Positions 55,057 through 63,926 of a stretch of DNA of 64,000 nt are shown one piece after another. This stretch comes from an uncultured Bacilli bacterium (GTDB lineage Bacteria; Bacillota_I; Bacilli_A; RF39; UBA660), in the NCBI GenBank assembly GCA_947632065.1, contig CANRNO010000004.1:42-64041 (forward strand), given 5' to 3'. Position 1 is the first letter of the stretch; every line of letters starts with the position of its first letter. Made by a program: the position numbers and the translations under genes. The notes beneath the pieces are model-generated. The model worked only from the letters and a program-made list of their open reading frames with translations. It was not told the DNA's origin and did no database searches.

Positions 55057-56823
55057 CTAATCCATAGCTCTTTTAAATAGTTTTTCTAAATCATATATTG
55101 TATAAGTAATAATAGTAGGTCTTCCATGTGGACAAGTAAATGGATTATCACATTCTCTTAGTGTATCTAATAAATATTGCATATCTTCTTCTGAAATATA
55201 ATCATTGGCTTTAATAGACATACGACAAGCTAGTGTTATAGCAGTCTTTTCTATAAATTTTTCTTTAGAAAATTCTTCTTTAGTTGCGATTAATTCAAAT
55301 ATTTTAGTAAGAGACTTTTTTTCATATCCTTCCTTAAACCAAGTAGGATGTGTTCTTACTATAAAAGTATTAGTACCAAATTCTTCTGTTTTAATACCTA
55401 TAGATTCTAGTAAGTCTATATTTTTTTTGACCATGATAAACTCATTGGCTGGTAATTCTATTTTTATTGGTATTAATGGATCAATAGTTTCTTTTTCTTC
55501 TTTAGACATTGCTTTTAAATATTTTTCATAGTTGATTCTCTCAGCTGCGGCATGTTGATCTATAATGTACATTCCATCTTCATTTTCAGCAATAATATAT
55601 GTCATATGAACTATTCCTTTAGGATATAATCTTTTAATCCTTGGGGTATTAGTCTCTTCTTTAGTATCATCATATTCTATACTTTCTTCTTCTACATCAA
55701 AATTAAAAGACATAGTCTCATATTCTTGTTTATCTTTTTGTTCTTCCTCTTCTTCTAAATCTATTCTATTTTCTTTATTTAGTGAGTTATCTGCTTCTTC
55801 TACTGTAGTATTAGTTCTAACAGAGATTGTAGGTATAAGCAGTAGTTTTTCTAACTTTTTAGTAATTGCTTTTGTTAGTAGTTCGTATAATTCTTTATCT
55901 TTAGAAAACTTAATATCCATTTTAGTTGGGTGTATATTTATATCTATTAATATAGGATCAGTTTCTATGTTTAAAACTATTATAGGTGCTTTATCCTTTG
56001 GAATATAAGTATGATATGCTTCTATTATTTTTCTGTTTAAGGCATTATTTCTAATTAGTCTTGAATTTACAAATGTAATCATAGAGTTTCTTGTTGATTT
56101 AGCAACTTCTGGATAAGAGATATATCCTGTAATTAAATAGTCATCATCTTCTTCATTTATTTCAATCATTTTTTTAGCTACTTCTGATCCAAAAATAGCG
56201 TATATTACTTTTAAGAGATTACCATCTCCACTTGTTTCAAGTAATACTTTATCATTATTTATTAATGTGAATTTTACATTAGGATTAGCAAGAGCCATTT
56301 TGTTTATATAGTCTGTGATGTTTGCAAGTTCTACATATAAATTCTTTAAATATTTAAGTCTTACTGGTGTGTTATAAAAAAGATTAGATACAGTTATAGT
56401 TGTTCCTTTTGCTAAATCTGAATCTTCTACTTCTGTAATTTTTCCTCCATCTACTTTTATTATAGTTCCTATTTTTCCATCTGTTGTCTTTAATACTACA
56501 TTAGAAACACTAGCAATTGAAGGAAGTGCTTCTCCACGGAACCCTAATGTATCTATATTAAATAAATCTTCTAATGTTTTTAATTTACTAGTAGCATGTC
56601 TTAAAAAGGCGCGGTGAGCGTCTTCTCTATCCATACCTATACCATTATCACTTACTTTTATTTGTTTAACACCAGAATCTATTAATTCTATTTTTATCTC
56701 AGAAGATTGGGCATCAAGTGAATTTTCTACTAATTCTTTTACTACGTTCATAGTTTTTTCTACTACTTCTCCAGCAGCAATCTTATTGGCAAGGGTATCA
56801 TTCATTACTTGTATTTTACTCAT
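55057..56823 (-). CDS. mutL: DNA mismatch repair protein MutL
   Basis: LANKIAAGEVVE....VKELVENSLDA and GFRGEAL, plus a C-terminal endonuclease/dimerisation region (DQHAAAERI..., ACR.SIKAND, CPHGRP). Confidence 0.95.
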   Translation of the reverse strand: MSKIQVMNDTLANKIAAGEVVEKTMNVVKELVENSLDAQSSEIKIELIDSGVKQIKVSDNGIGMDREDAHRAFLRHATSKLKTLEDLFNIDTLGFRGEALPSIASVSNVVLKTTDGKIGTIIKVDGGKITEVEDSDLAKGTTITVSNLFYNTPVRLKYLKNLYVELANITDYINKMALANPNVKFTLINNDKVLLETSGDGNLLKVIYAIFGSEVAKKMIEINEEDDDYLITGYISYPEVAKSTRNSMITFVNSRLIRNNALNRKIIEAYHTYIPKDKAPIIVLNIETDPILIDINIHPTKMDIKFSKDKELYELLTKAITKKLEKLLLIPTISVRTNTTVEEADNSLNKENRIDLEEEEEQKDKQEYETMSFNFDVEEESIEYDDTKEETNTPRIKRLYPKGIVHMTYIIAENEDGMYIIDQHAAAERINYEKYLKAMSKEEKETIDPLIPIKIELPANEFIMVKKNIDLLESIGIKTEEFGTNTFIVRTHPTWFKEGYEKKSLTKIFELIATKEEFSKEKFIEKTAITLACRMSIKANDYISEEDMQYLLDTLRECDNPFTCPHGRPTIITYTIYDLEKLFKRAMD

Positions 56824-56840
56824 ACTGCACCTTCTTTTTC

Positions 56841-57269
56841 TTATGAATATTCTTTAGTTAAAGTCTTATTACTTTTTGGACAAGATAAAGTTACTTTGTA
56901 GGTTAAATCTGGATTAGATTTTATTTCATCTTTTCCTAAATTATTATGAACTACAACTTTACTATTTGTATAATCACATTTTTCTTGTTTTTTTGATGGA
57001 TCTACTAGTTCATCTATATATCCTTCTTTTAATAAAGTGCTTGCACTTATTTCTAAATCTTTTTCTTCTTTGGATGCTGGTATAAAAATAGTATTTTTTT
57101 CTAAATAACTTCTTGCAGCATTATAAAGTGTTGTTACATATGTATCGTAAGTTTTACTTTGTGTACTTAAAAAATATTTGTTTACCATAGGAATTGCAAC
57201 TGCTGATAAAATACCTATTATTGTTATTGTTGTTATTAATTCAACTAATGTAAACCCTTTTCTATTCAT
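56841..57269 (-). CDS. Type IV pilin / pseudopilin-like protein (prepilin N-terminal cleavage/methylation domain)
   Basis: MNRKG|FTLVELITTITIIGILSAVAIP is a class III signal with Glu at +5, and there is a C-terminal Cys pair (C..C). The ATG at 57269 has AAGGTG 6 nt upstream. Confidence 0.8.
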   Translation of the reverse strand: MNRKGFTLVELITTITIIGILSAVAIPMVNKYFLSTQSKTYDTYVTTLYNAARSYLEKNTIFIPASKEEKDLEISASTLLKEGYIDELVDPSKKQEKCDYTNSKVVVHNNLGKDEIKSNPDLTYKVTLSCPKSNKTLTKEYS

Positions 57270-57302
57270 ATTAATCACCTTCTAAATTTATCTTATCATA
57301 AT

Positions 57303-59066
57303 TTATAATTCTTTTAAATAATTAAATAGATTTTGTGCTGTTTTTTCATCTAGTACTGTTTGTAAATCTTCTATACTTGCTTCTTTTAATTTTTTTAGTG
57401 AACCAAATGTTCTTATAAGCTTCTTTCTTCTTTTTTCTCCTATATTAGGTACTAATTCTAAAACTGATGAAAGTGTTCCTTTACTTTTTAAGTTTCTATG
57501 ATATGTAATAGCATATCTATGCACTTCATCTTGAATTCTTGTAAGAAATAAGAATAAATGGGTATTTTTATCAAGTTGTAATACTTCATAGTTTTCATTC
57601 ATTATATGACTAGTTCTATGTTTATCATCTTTTACAAGTCCAATTATAGGAATATTTAATTTTAGATCATCTATTATTTCTTTAACTACTTTTATTTGAG
57701 TTTTACCACCATCTAAAACTATTAAATCTGGGCGTCTTAAATCTTCCATTAATACTTTATAATATCTTCTATAAACAACTTCTTTCATAGCAGATAAATC
57801 ATCTTTAGCATCCGTTGTTATTTTAAATTTGCGGTATTCATCTTTAAGTGGTAAAAAGTCTTCATATACAACCATCCCTCCAACATAGAAGGTTCCAAAA
57901 AGATGAGAGTTATCAAAAGATTCTATTCTAGATGCGTTTGGAATGTTTAGTAATTCTTTTAATTCTTTTACTGCTTTCATTCTCTCTTCATCATTTTTCT
58001 TTACAGTCTCTTCTTCTAAATCTAATTTTTCTTTTGCATTTTCTTTAGCTAAATCTAGTAGATTTTTTAATTTTCCTCTTATTGGTGTTTCGACTTTAAT
58101 GTTAAAATATTCACTTAATAAGTCTTTATCTATTTCTTTGGGTACTAAAAGTTTACTCGGAATAATTCCATGTTTATCGTAAAATTTAATAATATATTCT
58201 TCTACTTCTTCTTTAATATTTCCAAGAGTTGAGATAATATCTGAATGTCTTCCAAATAAAAGTCCATCTCTTATGAAGAATATTTGTATTGATAAATAGT
58301 TATTATCATTATAAAAATGAATAAGATCAAAGTTATATCCTTTATTAAGGTCTATTTTTTGTTTCTTTAAAGTTATTTTAATATTATCAAGATTATTTTT
58401 TAATTCTAAAGCTTTTTCATAGTTTAAGTTCTTTGATGCTTCTTCCATTTCTTTTTCTAGTTTTTTTACAACTATACTACTATCTCCTTTTAAGAAAGTA
58501 ATAATCTCTTTTGTCATTTCTTTTATTGTTTTAGGATCTACTTCTTTTTTACAATAACCTAAACATTCATGAATATGATAATAAAGACATAAATCTTTAC
58601 CCAAGGTTTCACATTTTCTAAGGGGATATAATCTATTAAGTAAATTAACTGTACTTCTTGCGGCATATACATTTGGGTATGGTCCATAAAGATGGTTTTT
58701 ATTCTTTTTTCTTTTTACATTTCTTACTACTTTAAGTTTAGGATATTTTTCATTAGTAAGTTCTATATAGGGATAACTTTTATCATCTTTTAATAAAATA
58801 TTATATTTAGGATTATATTTTTTTATTAAGGTGATTTCTAATATTAAAGATTCTAATTCAGATGAGGTAACTATATATTCAAAATCATCTATATCTTCTA
58901 CTAACATTCTTGTTTTACCTGTTGCATTTCCAGTAAAATAGCTTTTAAGTCTGTTTTTTAAATTTTTAGCTTTACCAACATAAATAATTATACCATCTTT
59001 ATTTTTCATTTGATAACTTCCTGGTTTGGATGGTACAAGTGATAGTTTTTCTTTAAAATCTTTCAT
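57303..59066 (-). CDS. uvrC: Excinuclease ABC subunit C
   Basis: GIY-YIG (PGSYQMKN..G.IIYVGKAKNLKNRL), a UvrB-binding region, the endonuclease V-like domain and C-terminal HhH2. Confidence 0.95.
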   Translation of the reverse strand: MKDFKEKLSLVPSKPGSYQMKNKDGIIIYVGKAKNLKNRLKSYFTGNATGKTRMLVEDIDDFEYIVTSSELESLILEITLIKKYNPKYNILLKDDKSYPYIELTNEKYPKLKVVRNVKRKKNKNHLYGPYPNVYAARSTVNLLNRLYPLRKCETLGKDLCLYYHIHECLGYCKKEVDPKTIKEMTKEIITFLKGDSSIVVKKLEKEMEEASKNLNYEKALELKNNLDNIKITLKKQKIDLNKGYNFDLIHFYNDNNYLSIQIFFIRDGLLFGRHSDIISTLGNIKEEVEEYIIKFYDKHGIIPSKLLVPKEIDKDLLSEYFNIKVETPIRGKLKNLLDLAKENAKEKLDLEEETVKKNDEERMKAVKELKELLNIPNASRIESFDNSHLFGTFYVGGMVVYEDFLPLKDEYRKFKITTDAKDDLSAMKEVVYRRYYKVLMEDLRRPDLIVLDGGKTQIKVVKEIIDDLKLNIPIIGLVKDDKHRTSHIMNENYEVLQLDKNTHLFLFLTRIQDEVHRYAITYHRNLKSKGTLSSVLELVPNIGEKRRKKLIRTFGSLKKLKEASIEDLQTVLDEKTAQNLFNYLKEL

Positions 59067-59116
59067 ATTATCCCTCCTTTTTCTTTTATAATTATATAAT
59101 AAAAATTATATTTATA

Positions 59117-59145
59117 CAAAAAAAATAGTTATTAATAACTATTTT
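59117..59145 (-). terminator. Rho-independent terminator after the coiled-coil ORF
   Basis: aatagtta (59124-59131) / taactatt (59136-59143) with a 4-nt loop. The A-run at 59118-59123 gives a U-run on the minus strand. Confidence 0.65.
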
Positions 59146-59938
59146 AATTATCTAAAAAACTTTGTATGTTTGCGAAGAATGAAGTATCATCTTTTTCTTC
59201 TTCTATATCTTCTGTCTTTGTATCTGCTTCTTCTAATGATTCTTCAGATGTATCAGTAGTAAAAGTTGGTTCGATTGCTGGTTTTATTTCGTTATCTATA
59301 GTTGTCTCTTCCTCTTCAGACTCTACCTTTTCTTCTTGGTTTTCAATTTTTGGTTCTTCTTGTTTGATTTCTACTACATCTGGAGATTTATCTTTACTTT
59401 TTTCTATATTATTAGGGTTTTGAAGTGCTGCTTCTTTTTGTTCTGCATCAACTCTTGCTTGTTGTGCTTCTGTTTCTTCTTTGATAGCAGTATCTCTTGC
59501 TTCTTTTAAATCTTTTTCTGTAATAGCTAATTCTTCATGAGCAACTTGTAGTTGTAGTGTTTCACTTTCAACTATATCTTTTGCTTGTTCTTCTTCTTCT
59601 TGTTTTACTTTTAGAATTTCTTCTGCTTCTTCACGAGCACTTATAGCTTCTATTTCTCTTGTTCTAGCATCTTTAAGTACTGCTTCTTTTTCATTTACTT
59701 TATCTTGAGCAGCTTGAACATCTAATTCTAAGTTATCTACTGCTTGACGAGCCATTTTAGCTTGTGCTTCTTTATTAATAGCATACTCACGAGCTTTATC
59801 TGCTTCTCTTCTTAATTTTTGTCTATATTCTTTTTCTCTTCTTGTTTGTTCATCTTGTGCCCTTTCAATTAACTTCTTTAATGATTCTGGATCTAAACCT
59901 TCTAAATCAATGTTATTAAAATCCATACTGTTATTCAT
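59144..59938 (-). CDS. Hypothetical acidic coiled-coil protein (264 aa, no TM helix)
   Basis: E/A/Q/K heptad-like central region followed by an acidic T/E-rich tail. No recognised family. Confidence 0.55.
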   Translation of the reverse strand: MNNSMDFNNIDLEGLDPESLKKLIERAQDEQTRREKEYRQKLRREADKAREYAINKEAQAKMARQAVDNLELDVQAAQDKVNEKEAVLKDARTREIEAISAREEAEEILKVKQEEEEQAKDIVESETLQLQVAHEELAITEKDLKEARDTAIKEETEAQQARVDAEQKEAALQNPNNIEKSKDKSPDVVEIKQEEPKIENQEEKVESEEEETTIDNEIKPAIEPTFTTDTSEESLEEADTKTEDIEEEKDDTSFFANIQSFLDN

Positions 59939-60070
59939 AACTACATCTCTCCTTATTCTTTTTTGTTGTTTACTTACTTTACCCTATTTTCAAATTAATT
60001 ATAGCATAAGAAAAAGTAAATGTAAATGACTTAATTTATAAGAATTTAACTTTTTTTAGTATTTTTACGT

Positions 60071-60097
60071 AAAAAGAAAACAAGTTAATACTTGTTT
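60071..60097 (-). terminator. Rho-independent terminator after yneF
   Basis: aaacaagt (60078-60085) / acttgttt (60090-60097) with a 4-nt loop and a U-run on the minus strand. Confidence 0.7.
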
Positions 60098-60305
60098 ACA
60101 TATATTTTTGCATAGATTTCATCATTTGATTAATTTGTTTTTGATTAGGTTTTCTACCCATCTGCATCATTAATGTTTTAATCATATCTTCATTAATTGG
60201 TGGATTATCTTTTAGATATTTTTTCATAAAGTAGCGAGCTACTACAAACCCAATTATTAAACCAATGACAAGACCTACTACTAATATTAAGATATCATGC
60301 CACAT
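60096..60305 (-). CDS. yneF: UPF0154 / YneF-family small membrane protein
   Basis: N-terminal TM helix, then [37 protein letters not shown], as in YneF. Confidence 0.85.
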   Translation of the reverse strand: MWHDILILVVGLVIGLIIGFVVARYFMKKYLKDNPPINEDMIKTLMMQMGRKPNQKQINQMMKSMQKYM

Positions 60306-60339
60306 AATATCTCCTCCTCCAAGGATATTTTACTAAATA

Positions 60340-60774
60340 TTATGAAATTAGACAAGATGTTTTTAAATCATCTAGAAAAAAATAATCACTTGTTTCAAAA
60401 TCACAAATAAAATAATGATTATTATAATTATATAAAATATCAAAAAAAGATGTTATATTTTGTTCTGCTTCTATTTTAATAAATGCTTTTTTTACTTCTA
60501 ATATGCTAATTTCATCTTTATATAAATTATTTATTATATGTTTTCCTTCTCTTTTACTATAAGGTATATCTTGATGCATTTTTAAAAATAAGAAATTATC
60601 TAAGGCTTGTTTGTTTATGGGTTCAACTAATTGATTAAATACTTGATAACCATAATCAAAATCTAGGTTATTTAAAAAATATAATTGTTTTAGAATATTA
60701 TAAAGATTAAAAGGACTATCTTTATATAAACTTACAAATTCATCTCTAATATCAAAAATATAAAAAACTCTCAT
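60340..60774 (-). CDS. sirA: SirA/YneE-like protein (sporulation inhibitor of replication family)
   Basis: Size is 144 aa against 148 aa in B. subtilis, and the position between tkt and yneF matches Bacillus. There is visible similarity to my recollection of SirA (YYTYLIKEEFANHYF versus FYIFDIRDEFVSLYK; IEIVASGDYEAETIFFEVL versus IKIEAEQNITSFFDIL). Confidence 0.5.
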   Translation of the reverse strand: MRVFYIFDIRDEFVSLYKDSPFNLYNILKQLYFLNNLDFDYGYQVFNQLVEPINKQALDNFLFLKMHQDIPYSKREGKHIINNLYKDEISILEVKKAFIKIEAEQNITSFFDILYNYNNHYFICDFETSDYFFLDDLKTSCLIS

Positions 60775-60827
60775 ATTATCACCAAATATAGGATAACAAA
60801 TATGAAAGTTTTATTTTGTCGAATTAT

Positions 60828-62810
60828 TTACTTTAATAAATTTTCTATTCTTTTTTCTAAAGAATCTATATCAAATGAAAATTCTTTTTTTACATCAAGA
60901 CTATTTCCACTTTTACCAAATTCATCTATTGATAAGATAAATTTATCTTGGAAAATAAGTTTATTCCATGAATAAGAGCTTCCTGCTTCTAAGGCTATTT
61001 TTAATACTCCAATTGGTAATACTTTTTCTTGATATTCTTTTTCTTGATTTAGAAATTTCTTAATACATGGAACACTTACTACTCTAACGTGTAATCCTTT
61101 ATTAAGTAATCTTTTAGAAAGTTCTATAGCAGTATGTAATTCTTCTCCAGTTGAAAGAATTATTCCATCAAGTTTTTCTTCATAATCTACTACTACATAA
61201 GCTCCGTTTTTGACTTCATTTATTTGAGTTGAATCTAAGATATTAGTTTTATTACGTGTTATTGAAATAATTGATGGATTGTTACTTTTTAATACCTCTT
61301 TAAATACTCCTATTACTTCATTAGCATCTGCAGGACGATAAACATCTACGTTTGGTATAAGTCTTAGACTTGCGAGTTGTTCAATAGGTTCATGTGTTGG
61401 TCCATCTTCTCCTACTGTGATTGAGTCATGTGTAAATATATAAGTTACTGGTAAGGACATCATAGCACTTAATCTTAATGCTGGTTTTAAATAATCACTA
61501 AAACTTAAGAATGTTGAACCATATGGTCTAAATCCTACTAAAGCAAGTCCGTTTAGAATTGATGCCATAGCGTGTTCTCTAACTCCAAAATAAATGTTTT
61601 TACCTTTATAATTATCGCAAGAAAAGTCTCCTCCATCTTTTACATAGTTTTTGCATGCTCCAAAAAGATCAGCACTTCCTCCAAAGAAAGTATCATTTTT
61701 TGTTGCAATTGATGATAGAATTTTTCCTGCAGTATCTCTTAAAAGTTCACTATTATCATCAGGTATATCATATTCTAATGTATTAATATCTACATAATAA
61801 TCTTTGTCTATAAAATGTTTTAATTTTTCTTTTTCTTCTTCTGTTAATTTTTCTATTTTTCTATTAAACTCATCTACTATTCCTTTACAACGTTCTCCAA
61901 TTAAATATTGAAAGTCTTCCATTGTATCACTAGTTACTGAAAAAGGTATATCTCTAAATCCTAGTTTCTTTTTTATCATAGAAATATCTTCTTTATCAAG
62001 TGGTTTTCCATGTACTTTATTGGTTGCTTGTAGTTTGGAATATTTTCCAAGAACTGTTTTTACTTCTATTATAGTTGGTTTATCTGATGTTTTTGCTTCT
62101 GTTAGGGCTTTATCTATTTCATCTAGACTATTATCACTATTTACATATTTATAATTCCATCCCATTGACTCAAAACGCATTTTTATATCATCATTAAATG
62201 TTTTATTTATTTTTCCATCTAAACATATATCGTTTGAATCATATAAGACTATTAATTTATTTAACTTTAGTGTTCCAGCAAGAGATAATGCTTCATAACT
62301 TACACCTTCCATTAAGTCTCCATCTCCACATAAGACATAAGTATTAAAGTCAATTATTTTTTCTTCTGTATTGAAAATACTTTCTAAGTGTGCTTCTCCT
62401 AAAGCCATTCCTACAGCGGATGCGATTCCTTGTCCTAGAGGTCCAGTTGTCATATCTACTCCTGGTGTTACTTTATATTCGGGATGACCTGGAGTAATAG
62501 AATTTATTTTTCTAAATTGTTTTAAGTCTTCTATTTCGATATCATATCCTGCCATATGTAGTGTTGCATATAAAAGTGCAGAACCATGTCCAGCAGACAT
62601 TACAAATCTATCACGATTAAAAAAGTCAGGGTTTGATGGAGAAATTCTCATGTGTTTAGCATAAAGCATATAAATAAGTGGTGCGGCACTTAATACTATA
62701 CCTGGATGTCCACTTTTTGCCTCATCAATTGTATCTATTCCAAGACATCTTATTTGGTCTATTATTTTTTGATTTTGAATTGGATTATCATTATTTTTAA
62801 TTGCGATCAT
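60828..62810 (-). CDS. tkt: Transketolase
   Basis: SGHPG, GHGS.LLY, GPLGQG and GDG.LMEG, plus Pyr and C-terminal domains. 660 aa. Confidence 0.97.
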   Translation of the reverse strand: MIAIKNNDNPIQNQKIIDQIRCLGIDTIDEAKSGHPGIVLSAAPLIYMLYAKHMRISPSNPDFFNRDRFVMSAGHGSALLYATLHMAGYDIEIEDLKQFRKINSITPGHPEYKVTPGVDMTTGPLGQGIASAVGMALGEAHLESIFNTEEKIIDFNTYVLCGDGDLMEGVSYEALSLAGTLKLNKLIVLYDSNDICLDGKINKTFNDDIKMRFESMGWNYKYVNSDNSLDEIDKALTEAKTSDKPTIIEVKTVLGKYSKLQATNKVHGKPLDKEDISMIKKKLGFRDIPFSVTSDTMEDFQYLIGERCKGIVDEFNRKIEKLTEEEKEKLKHFIDKDYYVDINTLEYDIPDDNSELLRDTAGKILSSIATKNDTFFGGSADLFGACKNYVKDGGDFSCDNYKGKNIYFGVREHAMASILNGLALVGFRPYGSTFLSFSDYLKPALRLSAMMSLPVTYIFTHDSITVGEDGPTHEPIEQLASLRLIPNVDVYRPADANEVIGVFKEVLKSNNPSIISITRNKTNILDSTQINEVKNGAYVVVDYEEKLDGIILSTGEELHTAIELSKRLLNKGLHVRVVSVPCIKKFLNQEKEYQEKVLPIGVLKIALEAGSSYSWNKLIFQDKFILSIDEFGKSGNSLDVKKEFSFDIDSLEKRIENLLK

Positions 62811-62844
62811 ACTATGACCTCCTTTAATGTCTTTATTATAGCAT

Positions 62845-62879
62845 AAAAGAAAAAAGAAAGAAAATCATTTCTTCTTTCT
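62845..62879 (-). terminator. Hairpin 3 with U-run, immediately upstream of the tkt -10 element
   Basis: agaaagaa (62855-62862) / ttctttct (62872-62879) with a 9-nt loop. On the minus strand it is followed by UUUUUCUUUUAUGCUAUAAU. Confidence 0.4.
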
Positions 62880-62929
62880 GATTATATTAGTAAATAATCA
62901 TTTTCCTTTTATTACTATTTATAGTTTTA

Positions 62930-62970
62930 AAATAAAAGAATTCCACCTAACTCAGCAATGATTTAGGTGG
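62930..62970 (-). terminator. Hairpin 2 (CCACCUAA/UUAGGUGG) with a U-rich tail
   Basis: ccacctaa (62943-62950) / ttaggtgg (62963-62970) with a 12-nt loop. On the minus strand it is followed by AAUUCUUUUAUUUU. Confidence 0.4.
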
Positions 62971-62975
62971 ATACC

Positions 62976-63019
62976 AAAAAAATTATGGCAACACTCAACA
63001 TGCAGATATTAAGTGTTCC
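62976..63019 (-). terminator. Hairpin 1, probable uppP terminator
   Basis: aacactcaa (62990-62998) / ttaagtgtt (63009-63017), with one G-U pair on the minus strand. The U7 run starts 7 nt after the stem. Confidence 0.45.
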
Positions 63020-63101
63020 TTTTTATTTTATTCAAGTTTCCTTGATAGATACATTATAACATAAAATGTTTTTATTAACAAGATGCTAATTTATTTCTAA
63101 T

Positions 63102-63926
63102 TTATTTGATTAAAGCAACTATAATAACTATAACAGCAAGTATTATTCTATACCACATAAACACTTTGAAATCGTGTTTTTTCAAATATTTTAATAAATA
63201 TTTAATGCAGATAAGTCCAGTTATAAATGATACTGTTATTCCAAGTAAAAATATTGATAAGTTGCTTCCTATTAAAACCCAAGTTTCTTTTTTTATAAGT
63301 TCTAAACATACTGCACCTGCAACTACGGGTGCTGATAAGAAGAATGAGAATTTCGCAGCAGATGTTCTATCTACTTTTAATCCTCTAGCAGCCGCAATTG
63401 TTGTACCACTTCTTGAAAATCCTGGTATGAGTGCAAAAACTTGACTACAACCTATTAAGAAAGATTCTTTTAATGTTATATTATCTATTTTTTTTAGTTG
63501 TTTACAATTTTTATCTACTATGTAAATAATTATACCCATTACAATTAGTGCTGCAGCAATTAAAAAGTAATTTGTTCTAACGAAGTTTTCTATTACATCT
63601 TCAAATAATACTCCAACTATTGCAGCAGGTATAGTTGCGACTACTAAATACCAAAGTATTTTTCCATCTTTATCTTTTACTCCTTTGGTAAATCCTTTTA
63701 TAATCATATTTAAAAAGTCTTTATAGAAAAATACTAATATAGCAAGTAGTGTTCCAAGGTGTAGTGCTATATCAAAAGTTAAATCTAAGTTTTTTGGCAT
63801 ATTTCTTGCTATACCAAATAAATCTCTAAAAATTATTAAATGAGCACTAGATGATATTGGAAGGAATTCTGCGATTCCTTGAATAACACCTAATATGAAT
63901 ATATCAAAAAAGCCCATATTATTCAT
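63102..63926 (-). CDS. uppP: Undecaprenyl-diphosphate phosphatase (BacA/UppP)
   Basis: GIAEFLPISSSAHL and PGFSRSGTTI motifs, with 8 TM helices. Confidence 0.95.
   Translation of the reverse strand: MNNMGFFDIFILGVIQGIAEFLPISSSAHLIIFRDLFGIARNMPKNLDLTFDIALHLGTLLAILVFFYKDFLNMIIKGFTKGVKDKDGKILWYLVVATIPAAIVGVLFEDVIENFVRTNYFLIAAALIVMGIIIYIVDKNCKQLKKIDNITLKESFLIGCSQVFALIPGFSRSGTTIAAARGLKVDRTSAAKFSFFLSAPVVAGAVCLELIKKETWVLIGSNLSIFLLGITVSFITGLICIKYLLKYLKKHDFKVFMWYRIILAVIVIIVALIK

Noticed and set aside
62985-63059. A 24-aa plus-strand ORF (MATLNMQILSVPFYFIQVSLIDTL) in the uppP-tkt spacer.
   Set aside because: The nearest SD-like AGGTGG is about 13 nt away and belongs to hairpin 2. The ORF overlaps the minus-strand terminator hairpin, and there is no supporting signal.
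1055-63444. About 35 ORFs of 60-164 aa in the supplied track that lie antisense to or overlap long conserved genes. Examples: 1055-1549+, 3332-3628+, 5229-5450+, 6596-6958+, 10966-11277+, 11347-11649+, 11831-12199+, 16324-16551-, 22911-23216+, 28197-28451+, 32003-32263+, 34817-35158+, 37733-38080+, 42765-43190+, 47557-47820+, 50543-50854+, 55205-55531+, 59166-59423+, 63106-63444+.
   Set aside because: They are shadow frames of well-supported genes on the opposite strand. Their translations are F/S/L/I-rich low-complexity strings, as expected from the complement of K/E/N-rich AT-rich coding sequence. None has a convincing Shine-Dalgarno sequence or a recognisable motif.
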